NCBI RefSeq assembly: GCF_006345805.1
Contig: NC_043013.1
Location: 35,712,001-35,776,000, forward strand
Length of the DNA stretch: 64,000 bases
Direction of reading: 5' to 3'
Origin: Octopus sinensis
Lineage: Eukaryota
Shown: positions 1-12,812 of the stretch, one piece after another
Layout of the letters: every line of letters begins with the position of its first letter
How positions within the stretch are numbered: the first letter of the stretch is position 1
Notes under the pieces: model-generated
The model's input: the letters and a program-made list of their open reading frames with translations, nothing else
What the model was told of the DNA's origin: nothing
Database searches by the model: none
Made by a program: the position numbers and the translations under genes

Positions 1-778
1 ATTCTTACCAGGATTTCAATGTAGGTGTCAGAGTTAACTCTAAGGCTTTGTGGAAAGAAATAAGGAGGCATCATATATCCTTTGTTACTGACAACCCCTA
101 AAATCATGACAGTTGCAGGAAATTTTGTATGCATAACTTTTCACACTTCAGAAGGGTGTGCACATAACCATCTGTCATTTCTTCTGTTAACTTTTTGATC
201 CTGGTCGAAGTTTCTCTTGTCTGAGAAAAACCAAATCAAATCTTCTTCTGCTGGATTTTATAGTTTTTTTGAGTGCTTTTAGATCTGATGTAGTGATTTT
301 CTTTTGCTTTTCTTATAAATTGACCTTTCCTCATCATATAAGACTTATATCTGATGCCTTCTTGGAAAACATTTCTGACAGTTCCTTCCGACATATGGAG
401 ATCTTTTCCAATTGACCTCATGTTTTTTCTGGAATTGTAATCAATGGTCTGTTGAACTTGCTGGATAAATTCGTGTGTTCTGATGTCACAGTGTTTGGAA
501 TGCATTTTATGTTTTCATACTGGTATTACGTTCCTATCCTCAGTCTCTAGCTCCTTAAAAACTTTGTAGACAAAAGATCTGGCAACTTCTAAAAATCAAG
601 ATATTTCTAAATTGCTATGCTCAGTACTTATAACCACAATAACAGTATGTCTCTTCGTTTATTGTGTAAGCTGAGGGTCTGTCATTATTATTTTCTGAAA
701 CAAAGATTATACAGAGTTAGCAAATAAGGCAGCAATGACCACAAAATGTATGTCCTCAAATATATTACACACCCTGCA
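1..778 (-). mobile_element. Degenerate Tc1/mariner-superfamily (maT/DD37D-like) transposon, truncated by window start
   Basis: ORF 236..505 gives an HTH-like segment (RKNMRSIGKDLHMSEGTVRNV). Minus-strand 1-235 reads FFSDKRNFDQDQKVNRRNDRW...MHTKF/PATVMILGVVSNKGYMMPPYFFPQSLRVNSDTYIEIL with a stop and frameshift. A CAGGGTG-like terminus next to TA lies near 770-780. Confidence 0.8.
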
Positions 779-1202
779 TATGGTTGTAGATATGGCTAAG
801 AAGCTTGCTCCATAATCATGAAGTCCTAGGTTCAAATCTACCATGTGGCATCCTAAGCCACTGTCATTTACCAATATCATAGTAAATGGCATACAAATGC
901 CATGTAAAGGAAACTGGATCTTTGGAAACAATATGGAATGCCATCGGAGAGATCGTAACCATAATTCAAAGGATCAGCATTTTCTCACACTATACCCTGA
1001 TACTATCTAAGAATAATGGTAAAAGCATACATTTCTGTGGATTACTCAGTCACTAATATGCTAATTGAAAGATTTGGTAATTTAGTTAATCAAACCACCA
1101 GAATACACATTGTCAAGGGTGACAAATATCCATTTACTCTTTGTATTTGTGAGTGTGTGTGTGCATGTTTGCATGTGTGTTTCTTTGTCTGTGTGTGTAT
1201 GT

Positions 1203-1267
<65 letters not shown>

Positions 1268-1728
1268 TATGCATGTGCACACGCATGTGCAAGTGTGTGT
1301 GTGATAGATAGCGTTTGAAATGTGACAATGGATTCCACGTGATAGATAATGCGGTCTCATTGAGAAAATAAGTCTGAATTGGAAATCTGATGCCAAAAAA
1401 GGTCAAAGAGTGATCCTCTTCCACTTATATATATGTGTGTATACATATACACACACATATGTGTGTGTATGTATATATTCATACATACATATATATATAT
1501 ATATGCACACACATATATGTGTGTATATATATATATATATATAATCAATATAGGGTGGCAAAAAATTTTGTAGAATTTTTTTTGCCACCAGCGGCCTAGT
1601 GGGAAAATTACAGGGTAAATGTTTTTTAATTTTCTCCTGGTTTACGGAATTGATGTTATTTTGCGGTTGAAGCTTTGGCTGTTATTTCTAGTGGGTGAAT
1701 GGCCTATTATGGCCGTTCCTTGATTGTG

Positions 1729-1761
<33 letters not shown>

Positions 1762-1824
1762 GACATATTTATACACACACATACACACAGAGACACATAC
1801 ACAAATACAAACACACATGTATGT

Positions 1825-1868
<44 letters not shown>

Positions 1869-2199
1869 GTATGCTTGCACACTTTAATATATGTTTGTGT
1901 AAATGTATTATTTTGTGTTTGTGTGTGTTTTCACTAAAGAGATAAATAAGTATAGAAAAAAAAACAAATACAAAAGCAGTCACTTCCCATTGCTCCTAGG
2001 CTAAGTCTTTTAGAGACACAAAATAATTTGTACCAATGAGAGGGAAAAAGAAGAAAAAGAAAAAGAAAAGAAAAGAAAATGAGGAATGAAATCATTTTCA
2101 GAAATGGCAAAGGGACTCCAAAATTGTATTGATACCAGTATAGAATCAGACAACCAATTCAGCAGACTGGATTACATTTAGGTGTTCTCTGTGAAGCTG

Positions 2200-3260
2200 A
2201 ACGTGGTGGTGGTGGTGCCAGCAGCAGCAGTGGTGGTGCTGTTGGTGGTGGTTGTAGTGGTGTTGGTGGTTGTGGTGTTGGTGGTTGTGGTGGTTGTGGT
2301 ATTGATGGAAGTGGTGGTGGTGACGGTGGAGGTGATGGTGGTGATGGTGGTGGTGGTGGTGGTAGTGGTGGTAGTGATGATTGTGGTGGTGGTAGTGGTG
2401 GTGGTGGTGTTGGTTGTGGTCGTGGTGGTGATGGTGAAAGTGGCGGTGGCAGTGGCAGTGGCGGTGGTGGTAGTTGTGGTGGTGGTGGTGGTGGTGGTGG
2501 TGGTGGTGACGGTGGAGGTGATGGTGGTGAAGGTGGTGGTGGTGGTGGTAGTGGTGGTAGTGGTGGTGGTGTTGGTTGTGTTCATGGTGGTGATGGTGGA
2601 AGCGGCAGTGGCGGTGGTGGTAGTTGTGGTGGTGGTGGTGGGTGGTGGTGGTTGTCGCGATGGTAATAGCAGCAGTGGTGGTGGGGGCAGTAGCGGCAGC
2701 AGTGGTGGTGGCAGTGAATTGGGATGATGCTGGGTGTGAAATATATTACTAAGTTTTCTGGTTTCTGGGAATGCATCACTTTTGAGAAAAAAAAAAGAGT
2801 GTAGGAACACTAATTATGTGACAGTGATTACATTCTGTATGTGTTTTAGTGTCATTGACATTGTCTGTGTTGATATTCATCATCAACATCACCACCACTA
2901 TTGCCACCACCACCACCACCACCATCAACATCAACATCACCATAATGATTATTACTAGCAGAAGCAGCATCCGTACAAGCAGCAACAGTAGCAACAACAC
3001 CACCACCGCCGCTGCTGCTACTACTACTGCCGCTGCGTCCTCCCACACCGTCATCAGCATCACTCTAAGGATCATTATCATCATCATCACCAGCAACATT
3101 ATCCGCACCATCACCACCATCATCATCACTATTAGGATCACTATCCACTTTTCCTCCAACTCCTCCTCTTCTTCATCCTCCTCATCATCATCATCATTGC
3201 CATCATCATTATCACCACCATCAACATCACCATTACTACCACCACCATGACCATCCTCAT
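2200..3260. repeat. Mosaic trinucleotide tracts: (GTG)n at 2200-2730, then (CAC/CAT)n at 2876-3260
   Basis: Directly visible; explains the poly-V/T/H ORFs. Confidence 0.95.
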
Positions 3261-3289
3261 CAGAATATTCCAATTTCTGCAGTATTTGA

Positions 3290-3455
3290 TAATAATAATA
3301 ATATTGAAAAATACCTTCGGAATGAAAACCCAGGTTTGAAATTTCCCCAAACACCTGATGAAGGCTGGAAAGTATATCAGCTGAAATGTTGTGTTAACAA
3401 CAAACAAGATGAAGACAAATATCCATCAAATGTAAATAATGTAAATAATGTACAT
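3290..3455 (+). mobile_element. 3' half of the hammerhead-bearing repeat family also found at 59073-59449
   Basis: Near-identical to about 59290-59450 (AAAATACCTT.GGAATGA.AACCCAGGTTTGAAATTTCCCCAA...GTTAACAACAAACAAGA.GA.GACAAATATC...AATGTAAATAATGTAAATAATGTACA). Confidence 0.85.
3351..3394 (+). ncRNA. Minimal type-I hammerhead ribozyme motif (PLE-type)
   Basis: ACAC-CTGATGA-A-GGCTG-loop-CAGCT-GAAA-TG-T-T-GTGT: stem I ACAC/GTGT, stem II GGCTG/CAGCT, minimal stem III. Confidence 0.7.
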
Positions 3456-3599
3456 TATCTCATGTTGTCACATTCTTTGAAATGTTATCTCACAGCCCAA
3501 AGGGTGCAGGTATGCAAGTCCAGAAGACCCAGAACTTGTCAATAATGCAACACCTAAATTAATCTTTTTAGTATCAAAGCATCATGTCAATTTTTAAAA

Positions 3600-4270
3600 A
3601 TTCAATTAGATATTTGAGTATCGTTTTGAATGTGGAAATATTATTCTCTTTATCAATAATAACATTTTGATATCATAATAACCATATTCGTTATCAATAA
3701 ACCAACTTTGATATCAAAATCCCATCATCAGTATCAAAATATTTTTGGCAGTATATTCTTTGTTATAAGCACCATTTTCAACTTAATATAACCATCTTCA
3801 ATATCAAATAATAATATCCATATCATATAACATCTTTGATATCAAAATAATATTTTCATACCATTTTCAATATCATAGTATCACCATCATTATCAAATTA
3901 CCATCTGTATTTCATATATCATTCATGATATCAAAAATGCTATCAAGAATATTGAAGTGCTATCCTTGGTATCATATTGCTATTTTCAATATCATAGTAT
4001 CATCATTAATATAAAATTACCATATGCATATCATATGCTATCTTGGATACATAACATCTACAGAATCAAAACACAATTTTGTATATTATATCACCATTTT
4101 CGGTATCATAATACTATTTTCAGTATCGAATATCCTGCAGCCTTTTTTTGGCATCGAAATATCAAACAAAAATATTCAGTGATAATTGTGATATCAACTG
4201 AAAACAGATAAAAATTGATGTATCATCACTCTACTTATACCTAAGTGTGCTGAATATCATATTATTGTGA
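3600..4270. repeat. Degenerate minisatellite with about 20-bp periodicity and a TATCA core
   Basis: Recurrent GATATCAAAAT / AATATCATA / ACCATTTTCA motifs at roughly regular spacing. Confidence 0.6.
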
Positions 4271-4583
4271 TATTACAGTGATAACAAACAAACGACGATG
4301 ACAACTAAATCAAACGTAATGACAATAATAACAACAAATAACATCACAGTAAATTACAATAACAAACACAAAAAGAACAACAGCTTTATATAACATCGTC
4401 ACATTACTCATCATTAACATCATCATCATTATCATTGGCATTATCATTGACATCACCATCTTCTTCATCACATTGCAATGTTATTTTATTATTATTACTA
4501 TTATTATTACTATTATTATCATTGTTATTATTATTATTGTTATTATTATTACTATTATTATTATTGTTGTTGTTATTATTATT

Positions 4584-4646
<63 letters not shown>

Positions 4647-4973
4647 TTATTATAATTTTTATTATTATTATTATCATCATTACTATTATTATTTTCGTCT
4701 TCATTGACACCATCGTCATTACCATCAACCATCTCAACTCATCATCATCATCATCCTCATCATAATCGTCGTCGTCGTTGTCATCACAGCACTGCTACCA
4801 CCTTCACCACCACCCCCACCACCACCACCACCAAACACCACCACCACCACCCCTATCGACAATATCACCAATACAAAACCATCAGCCATAGGAACGGACA
4901 TTAAAGAATGAGGGACATCATTTCTAACAGAAAATTGGCCATTAACATTCTGAAGAAAGCAAACACACACAAT

Positions 4974-5009
<36 letters not shown>

Positions 5010-5057
5010 CATATGTATATATACATACATACATATATATATATATACATACATACA

Positions 5058-5091
<34 letters not shown>

Positions 5092-5205
5092 TATATATAT
5101 ATATATATTATATATATATTATATTATATATATATATTTATATATATATATATTATATATATATACATATATATGTATATATATATACATGTATATATAT
5201 AATAC

Positions 5206-5273
<68 letters not shown>

Positions 5274-5568
5274 TTATATATGTATGCATGCATGTATGTA
5301 TGTATGTTTATGTGTGTGTGTGTATATATGAAGATAGATATATATTTATACAAGTATATTAATGTATGAATGCTTCTATGTATCTATGTATATATGTGTA
5401 AGTGTGTGTGTGTATATATATGCATATATATGCATATATATATATGCATATATATGTATATATATATATGCATATGTATGTTTGTATGTAGGTATGTATA
5501 TATGTATGTACATCATATTGAGGTATGCATGTATCTATATATTTATGTATGTGTGTGTGTCTGTGCAT

Positions 5569-5599
<31 letters not shown>

Positions 5600-6575
5600 G
5601 TACATATACATATACAAACATATATATATATATTCACACACACACATACACATTTATATACATTTGTAGGTATAACATACGTCCTATTATACTCATATAT
5701 AATACATACATAGTACAATACATATACATACATACACACACAAACACACACAACATAACATAACAGTACCATAAAAAGGAAAAAAAACATAAAAACAAAT
5801 AAAACAAACCAAAGAAAAAATTTCTACAAGAATCAAATGAAAGTTTTTCATGTTCATTAACTATATAAACACAGCACAACTTTTGGTATCACCGAAGTTA
5901 CCGTTCCGTCAGTAAAAGAGCAGCGTTAGCATTATAAGGAACAATGTGCGTATTTACAGCATAATTGCGTCTTAATGGAAAAACTGGCTGCAGATAAGTT
6001 CCAAGCCGAAAATCTATAACGAGGTTACTACTAAAAGCTACGACTAAATTAACAAAATTAAATGGTTGCATGAACACTAGAAGAATTTTGGTAGTTCCAG
6101 CAAATTGGCTGGAAAAATATTTCACCAAGAAGTTCATTTATATATTTATTTGATTGTTTTTGTTTTATTTTATACTTAGAGACAAAAAATGTCAACATAC
6201 AAACATGCATATATAGAGACATATGTGTATGTATGCATGTATGTATGTGTGTATGTATGTATGTATATGCGTCTCTATAGACACACATGTATGCATATAT
6301 ATGTATGCATGTGTATTTGTACATATATATATATATGTATGTATGTATATCTTTATGTGTGTATATGTGATACATGTATATAATACAAATACACACACAC
6401 ACACACACACATATATATAAATAAAACTGAATAAAATCTTGAATTTGTTAATTATTTTTCAAGGGGTTTGAATCAATGTTGTCAAGAAGAAAATTAGAAA
6501 ACGATGGTGATAATAAAGATAATAACAACACCAGGGCTAATACTACTACTACTACCACCAGCACCACTACCATCC

Positions 6576-6623
<48 letters not shown>

Positions 6624-7299
6624 ATAAGAAGAAGAAGAAGAGAAGAAGAAGAAGAAGAAGAAGAAGAAGAAGAAGAAGAAGAAGAAGAAGAAGAAGAAGA
6701 AGAAGAAGAAGAAGAAGAAGAAAGAGGAGGGCGTGGAAGTGAAAATGATAAGGATGGTGATGATATAAGAATGATGTAAAATAAATACATAGATGAATTA
6801 CTGTAAAAATTCGTTCACACAAATGAATCGTCAACAACAAGAACGAGAAAATAAATAAATGCAAAAATGAAACGAAATTAAATAAACAAAAACAAAGCAA
6901 GTCAATAAATTCAAAAGAGAGGGGAAAGGGAAAGTGAGGCAGAAGGGTAAAGAAAGAAAGAAAGAAAGAAGGAAGGAAAGGAATCAACAACCAATGTATG
7001 TCACTTGTGTATTATTGGTTTCTGAACGAAGAGTGCAGACTGGAATAATTCTACATATGCTATCATAAATCTGATTGTCTGTTTGATGAGACATTCAAGC
7101 TGTAGGAGACGTTAGTAGTTTAGTCGCTCCTCAGTACCCAAATAGGCAATGAATAACTCATTAGATACGTAATTAGGCAATCACATTGAACAACGACGAC
7201 AATAATAGTACAAACAACAACAACAACAACAGCAAAAAACGAATAAAACAAATTAGTAATAATTTTGGATGCAGACAATTAAGAATTACGAATATTCTT

Positions 7300-7590
7300 G
7301 TTGGGTCATATCGGGACACCATTGATGACAAATCTGTATCCAACATTAATTTGACGTTGCCCTCCTCACCCGTCATTCCTGCCCCTGTGACAATTGCATC
7401 CTCTCTACAGTACAGAGCGCCAGCAACAAATTTTTTTAGATTGGCCCGAGGGAAGGAAGAAAGATGGAAGAGAGGGAGGAATGTATTCCGTAGATTGGTG
7501 ACCTGATCCAAATGCTCACAATGGGTTGTATTCCATCTGCTGAAGAGAACCCCACCAAATGCCAGGTAGGGGAGTTTAACCATGAGATGG
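7300..7590 (+). mobile_element. Possible highly degenerate Penelope-like 3' end with decayed hammerhead
   Basis: Frameshifted ERWKR...RLVT/PNAHN resembles the PLE GIY-YIG C-terminal L.TL.P.GLN motif. It is followed by CCATCT-G-CTGAAGA-stem-...CATG-AGATGG (7533-7590) with the GAAA core mutated. Confidence 0.35.
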
Positions 7591-7931
7591 ATTTAATTCT
7601 ATGACATTCAGTATTAACCCCATCCCATCATGTTCCTGCTATATAGGGAAAGTTTACGAAAAAAATGACCAAATCTTAGATTCTTTGCATTTGAGGAAAT
7701 CAGTTATGGCATTTATTCTTCAGATGAAGAATACTTATGAAAGTAATGTGAGTGATGCGAACAATCGAACTGGTGAAAGAAGTGAGGAAAATAGCAATTC
7801 AGGTGAGCAAATATGGTAGTTGAAAAATAGGTCTATTATTTGTTATTCCCTTGATTTTTTTCTATTTTTTTGTGATTCTGTCCATTAGTTTGCCTAACAA
7901 ATACAACAGTTGAAAGAAGGGCCTTTTATTG

Positions 7932-8410
7932 TTATTCTGGGTTCAGTCCCACTGTATGACACCTTGGACAAGTGTCTTTTACTAAACCAAACCTTTGCGA
8001 GTGTATTTGCAAGAGATGAAACTGAAAGAAGCTCATTGTGTATACATGTGTGTGTGTGTCTGAGTTTGTCTTCAGTACCACTTGATAACCAGGGTTGGTG
8101 TGTTTACATCCCCGTAACTTAGCAGTTTGGCAAAAGAGACTGATAGAATAAGAACCAGGCTTAAAAAGAAAAGAAGTACTAGGATCAATTTCTTTGGCTA
8201 AAAATCCTTTAACGTGGTGCCCCAGCATGGCCACTGTCAAATGACAAACAAATAAAAGATACAAGAAACATACAGTACAGGTGCAGACAGGGCTGTGAAG
8301 TAAGAAGCTTGCTACCCAGCCACCTGGTTCTGGGTTCAGTCCCACTGTATGACATCTTGGGCAAGTGAGTGGATTTGGTAGATGGAAACTGAAGGAAGCC
8401 TGTCATACAC
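7932..8410 (+). mobile_element. Two tRNA-headed CORE-type SINE copies (5'-truncated copy, then a 5' half)
   Basis: B-box GGTTCAGTCCC, CORE-like ACCTTGG.CAAGTG, central (TG)n and tail GGTGC.CCAGCATGGCC..AGTCAAATGAC, shared with many copies in the window. Confidence 0.75.
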
Positions 8411-8502
8411 ACACACATATATATATAATACATGTTAAATAAAATAAGATAACAAGGCCAAAGCAATGTGATATTTCTAGGACATTTATGAGTAGAAAGG
8501 TG

Positions 8503-8550
8503 ACCTTACAGCTGTTTCAGGGAAAATAATGATATCTCATCATCAGAGAC
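8503..8550 (-). ncRNA. Minimal hammerhead ribozyme motif
   Basis: Minus strand: GTCT-CTGATGA-stem II-GAAA-CAGCTG-TA-AGGT; palindromic stem III, GUA cleavage triplet. Confidence 0.65.
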
Positions 8551-8754
8551 GAGTTAAAAGAAGGAATTAGTTGAGTTCATTTTATAAGTTAGTTTGGAAA
8601 GGGAGCGATATATTGTAAAAAGTATAAAGGGAAATTTTTAACATCCAACATGTATTTGTTTTATTATTTTCATATTTCCTTTTATAATTTATACTTTCTC
8701 TCTCTTTCCAAAATAATTTCTTATAAAATGAACTCTACTAAACTGTATTGACTC

Positions 8755-8802
8755 GTCTCTGATGATGGGATAACATTTATTTTCCTGAAACAGCTGTAAG
8801 GC
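8755..8802 (+). ncRNA. Minimal hammerhead ribozyme motif
   Basis: GTCT-CTGATGA-T-GGGA..TCCT-GAAA-CAGCTG-TA-AGGC; stem I GTCT/AGGC, palindromic ACAGCTGT stem III. Confidence 0.7.
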
Positions 8803-9951
8803 CACCTTTCTATTTATGTATGTCCTAGGAATATCACATTGCCTTGGCTTTGTTTAATATATACACACTCACACATGACCAATCTTAGACACCTCACTCA
8901 TGCTATTATTGAACCGGGAGTTTAACAGCGGTCCTTCTGTAATGCTTACGTAGCCTTACCTGCCTTTTGTGCCTTCTGGCTACTAAAACCTCTCATATGT
9001 GCATATTATGTGTGTGTGTGTGTTTGTGATTGTGTCTGTGCTTTTTCTCCCACCATCACTAGACAACTGATGGTGGTGTATTTACATTACTGTAACTTAG
9101 CGTTTCAGCAAAAGAGACTGATAGAATAAGTTACAGGCTTACAAAGAATAAGTCATGGCGTCGATTTCATTGACTAAAATTTTTAAAAAAACCTTCAAGG
9201 TGGTGCTCCAGTATGGCCACAGTTAAAATTACTGAAACATGTAAAAGAATAAAAGAATCTCAGGAGCTTCCATCTGCTTTCTGTCTATCTAATTTCACTC
9301 ACAAATATGAAGAGTAACTGTACTAGATACTCTTACATGTGAGAAAAAGGACTCAATACATTCAATCAAGTGAGTTTTTTTGTGGATACAGGAAAGTTCA
9401 AAACCTCACTTTGACTTACATTTGCTTCTTGGACAAGAATCTTCAGACTTTGAAATAATAAGATGGTAATGCATTTTTATAGGATACAGAGTAAGCCATG
9501 GTGTGTCTGTGGGATGCGGATGTTGATTCTGTGCGATAGTTGTTTATTTAGAAGTAATGATTTTGCATAGGGTCATGTGGTTGCATGTGAGTTTGTGTTG
9601 GAGAGTTTGTGTGGTGATGAGTTTTGTATTTGTATTGGCTGAAAAGAAAACAAATATTAAATAGAATAATTAAATGTTGTATAAATTATCTAATTTTGAG
9701 CAGGACCAAAAAATTATACACGCACATATATGAGTTTACATTTTTATGAATGTGTATATATATGTATAACTATACATGCAAATATGCACAACACACACAC
9801 AATACGTACACACACATATACATATATATGTATGTGTGTGTGTATGTATGTATGTATATATGTAGATATAAGCAAATATGTATATGTATGTATGGATGTG
9901 TGTGTTTGTATATATGTGTGTGTATACAGAGAAAGAGCAGGGAGAGATAGA

Positions 9952-9988
<37 letters not shown>

Positions 9989-9998
9989 CTATATATAT

Positions 9999-10048
<50 letters not shown>

Positions 10049-11457
10049 GTATGTATATATGTATGTATATATGCACATAAATACATACTTACTATACATA
10101 CAAAACATACAGACAGTTCTTCAAAGAAACAAGTGACAAACAAACAATAATACCCACCACCACCACCACCACCACTACCAACACAACAACAACAACAACA
10201 ACCACTATCACTGCCAATAACAATAACAACAACATTACGAATGTCAAAATTAAAAAAAAAAACATAAAAATGATAATTAAAAAAACAGCAAAACCAAAAA
10301 TCAAAATAAGTAAAAATAAAAACAAAAGCAAACAAACGAACAAAACAAAAAAATATATAAAATAAATTACAAAAATACATTTGGTGAGAGCGAAGTAAAA
10401 GTTGTTAAACAGTGCACTAAAGCAATCCCCCGCTGGGCCTGAATATCTGTACTTGTTTCTCTGCTCCTAATGCAACACTGAATACAGTTTTATGGTTTAA
10501 GTTGCACAGTATGAGACATTTCGACAAAATTCTTCATCAATTCATTCATTATGAACAATTAAAGAAATCAATAAGCGAGAATTAATTTCCATAATTCTAT
10601 CTCTAATAACAAATAATCTGAATGTAATATAAGGGAATTTGTTTTTCCCTTTTTTCCATATATATGATGTGTGTGTCTGTTTGTGTCTGTCTGTGTGTGT
10701 ACTTGTGGTTTGTGGTTTGTGGTTTGTGTATATATCCATGTGCCGGCATCTCTCACTGTGTCCATGTATATACATATGTCAAATATATATATACATACAT
10801 ATATATATTTTTACATATATACACACACATATGTATATTATAAATATATATTATATATATATTATATACATATATGTATGTATGTATGTGTGTTTGCATC
10901 TGCATTCTGTGTACATATATATAGTTTTATACACACACACACACACACACACACACATGCACATACATATATATAATAATAAAAAATTTCCAGTTAGTTT
11001 GTTCATAATAATTGTCTGACATGTGTTTCAATTGCACTAACTGCGTATCCACCTGGATATTATGTCTGTCCTCTTATTATATTTCGTGATGAAAGTCACA
11101 ACACCCCCTTGCAAGGAATAGACTGGACCAAGCAATTATAAATTGTAGCAGTCAGAGTGAAGTTTGTGGGTTATTTCGAGTTGAATTCGCAGAGAAGTTG
11201 GAAGGTGTTGGATGGTTAGTTCATGGGGAATATTGATTGTTGGTTCATGAAGAGATTGTTGGGTCATTACGTTGTTGTTACGGCTGCATCATTATCTTGT
11301 TTATTTTTATTACACTGATACAGTGTGTGTCAAAATCATCCATCACGATATCGTGGTGGTACCCCAACACTGGAGACAGAGGATACAACATCTGGCTATG
11401 AGGGTTTCAAAGCTCACGTAGGTTATTTAACAATTTGTTCATGATACAACTTGTTAA

Positions 11458-12350
11458 ATGATGGAAGACCTATTAGCATCTATAACAGTTGCAAAAACAA
11501 CAACAACAGCAACAGGAGTTGCAGAAGCAGCTAATATAACAACAACAACAACAACAACTATTGGCACTATATGGCAAAGAAGTCCAAAAATGCAGTTTGT
11601 TTCCATCAAATGGTGTATCAAACTCTATAACAGAATTCTGTTATAACCCAGAGGAGGATATAACTTTTGCAGTGTACTGCAGAAGGAACGAGAAGATTTT
11701 GAAAGGCAGCTTGCAAGACATGGTTGGATGAAGAAAAAGTAAGGTTATTATTACGTAAATTAGCTCCGTCTGATCATGAACGATACTGTAATTTCATATT
11801 GCCCAAAATGTCTAGTGAAATTTGTTTTCAGGAAACAATTAAATTACTGTCTAACATGTCTAGTGATAAAAGTTCTCTATATAACACTCGCATGGAGTGT
11901 TGGAATTTAAGTAAAAAAGAGGATGATGACTTTATTATGTAAGCAGGAACAGTCAACAGAATGTGTGAAAGTTTTAAACTTAAAGAACTTACTCTTGAGA
12001 TGTTTAAGTGCCTCATTTTTGTACAAGGCCTTACAGCAAATGAAGATACAGAAATACAGGCAAGAATTCTTTTAAATCTTGAGCAAGCAAACCAAGATTT
12101 AACCCTGTAGGCTGTTGCAGAAGAGTGTCAAATGATGGTAAACCAGAAACATGAGAAAGAAAAATTCAAGAAAAGGATTTCACAAAAATGCAGATATATC
12201 GGCCAAGAAAGTCTAACCAAAGAAGGTTGTTAGATCTTAATCCATGATGTTACAGATGTGGAGGCCTACATTTCAGAAAAGATTGTCCTTTGAAAATAAA
12301 AATTCTACAGTTATCAAAAATTTGGACACAAGAGTTCACACTGCAGAACA
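11458..12350 (+). pseudogene. Gypsy gag remnant with zinc knuckles
   Basis: EEKVRLLLRKLAPSDHERYCNFILPK...FKCLIFVQGL...; CYRCGGLHFRKDCP knuckle near 12250; stops and frameshifts. Confidence 0.8.
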
Positions 12351-12429
12351 AAAGTATGAAGGTCAAATGTAAAAATTCTAAAGTGCTCCCAGAAGAAAGT
12401 AAAATCGATTCCCAAATAAGGAAATTTGT

Positions 12430-12720
12430 ACACGTAAAAGTAAATGGAGTATATATTAAATTACAACTGGATACTGGTAGTGACATTTTAATCATTAACA
12501 CCAACACGTGGAAGAAAATAGGGAAACCTATGTTAAGAAAAACAGCAAAAAACCTGTCATGCACATGGCATGACAGGTAGCAAACTACACTTGGAAGGCG
12601 AAGTGTTCAATGATGTCACATTTTGTGGAAAAACGTGCAAGGTGAAAGTTTTCATCATAAAGAACACAACCAATCTGTTTGGTACCAACTGGTTGGAGTT
12701 ATTTGATTTATAGGATCTCC
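12430..12720 (+). pseudogene. Retroelement aspartic protease remnant
   Basis: VKVNGVYIKLQLDTGSDILII (DTG motif at about 12470) and NLFGTNWL. Confidence 0.85.
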
Positions 12721-12812
12721 CAATAAACCAGTACTGTAAAAACTTAAATGGCTGCCCCACCAGTGAAAAGAACTCAACAGCTGAATTCAAGACAAAATTA
12801 ATTAAAAGAGTT

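Larger units (their letters stand above)
8451..8854. mobile_element. About 400-bp imperfect head-to-head palindrome with two outward-facing hammerheads (inverted PLE pLTR-like)
   Basis: 8451-8636 is the reverse complement of about 8673-8854 (e.g. GAGTTCATTTTATAAG/CTTATAAAATGAACTC and CATCATCAGAGACGAGT/ACTCGTCTCTGATGATG). Confidence 0.8.

Noticed and set aside
2178-2810. Mucin-like Thr-rich 210-aa ORF (similarly 62416-63150)
   Set aside because: Pure (CAC)n mosaic with no signal peptide or credible splice context.
9295-9455. Two further hammerhead-like hairpins
   Set aside because: Core GAAA is absent or stem I cannot pair; too decayed to support.
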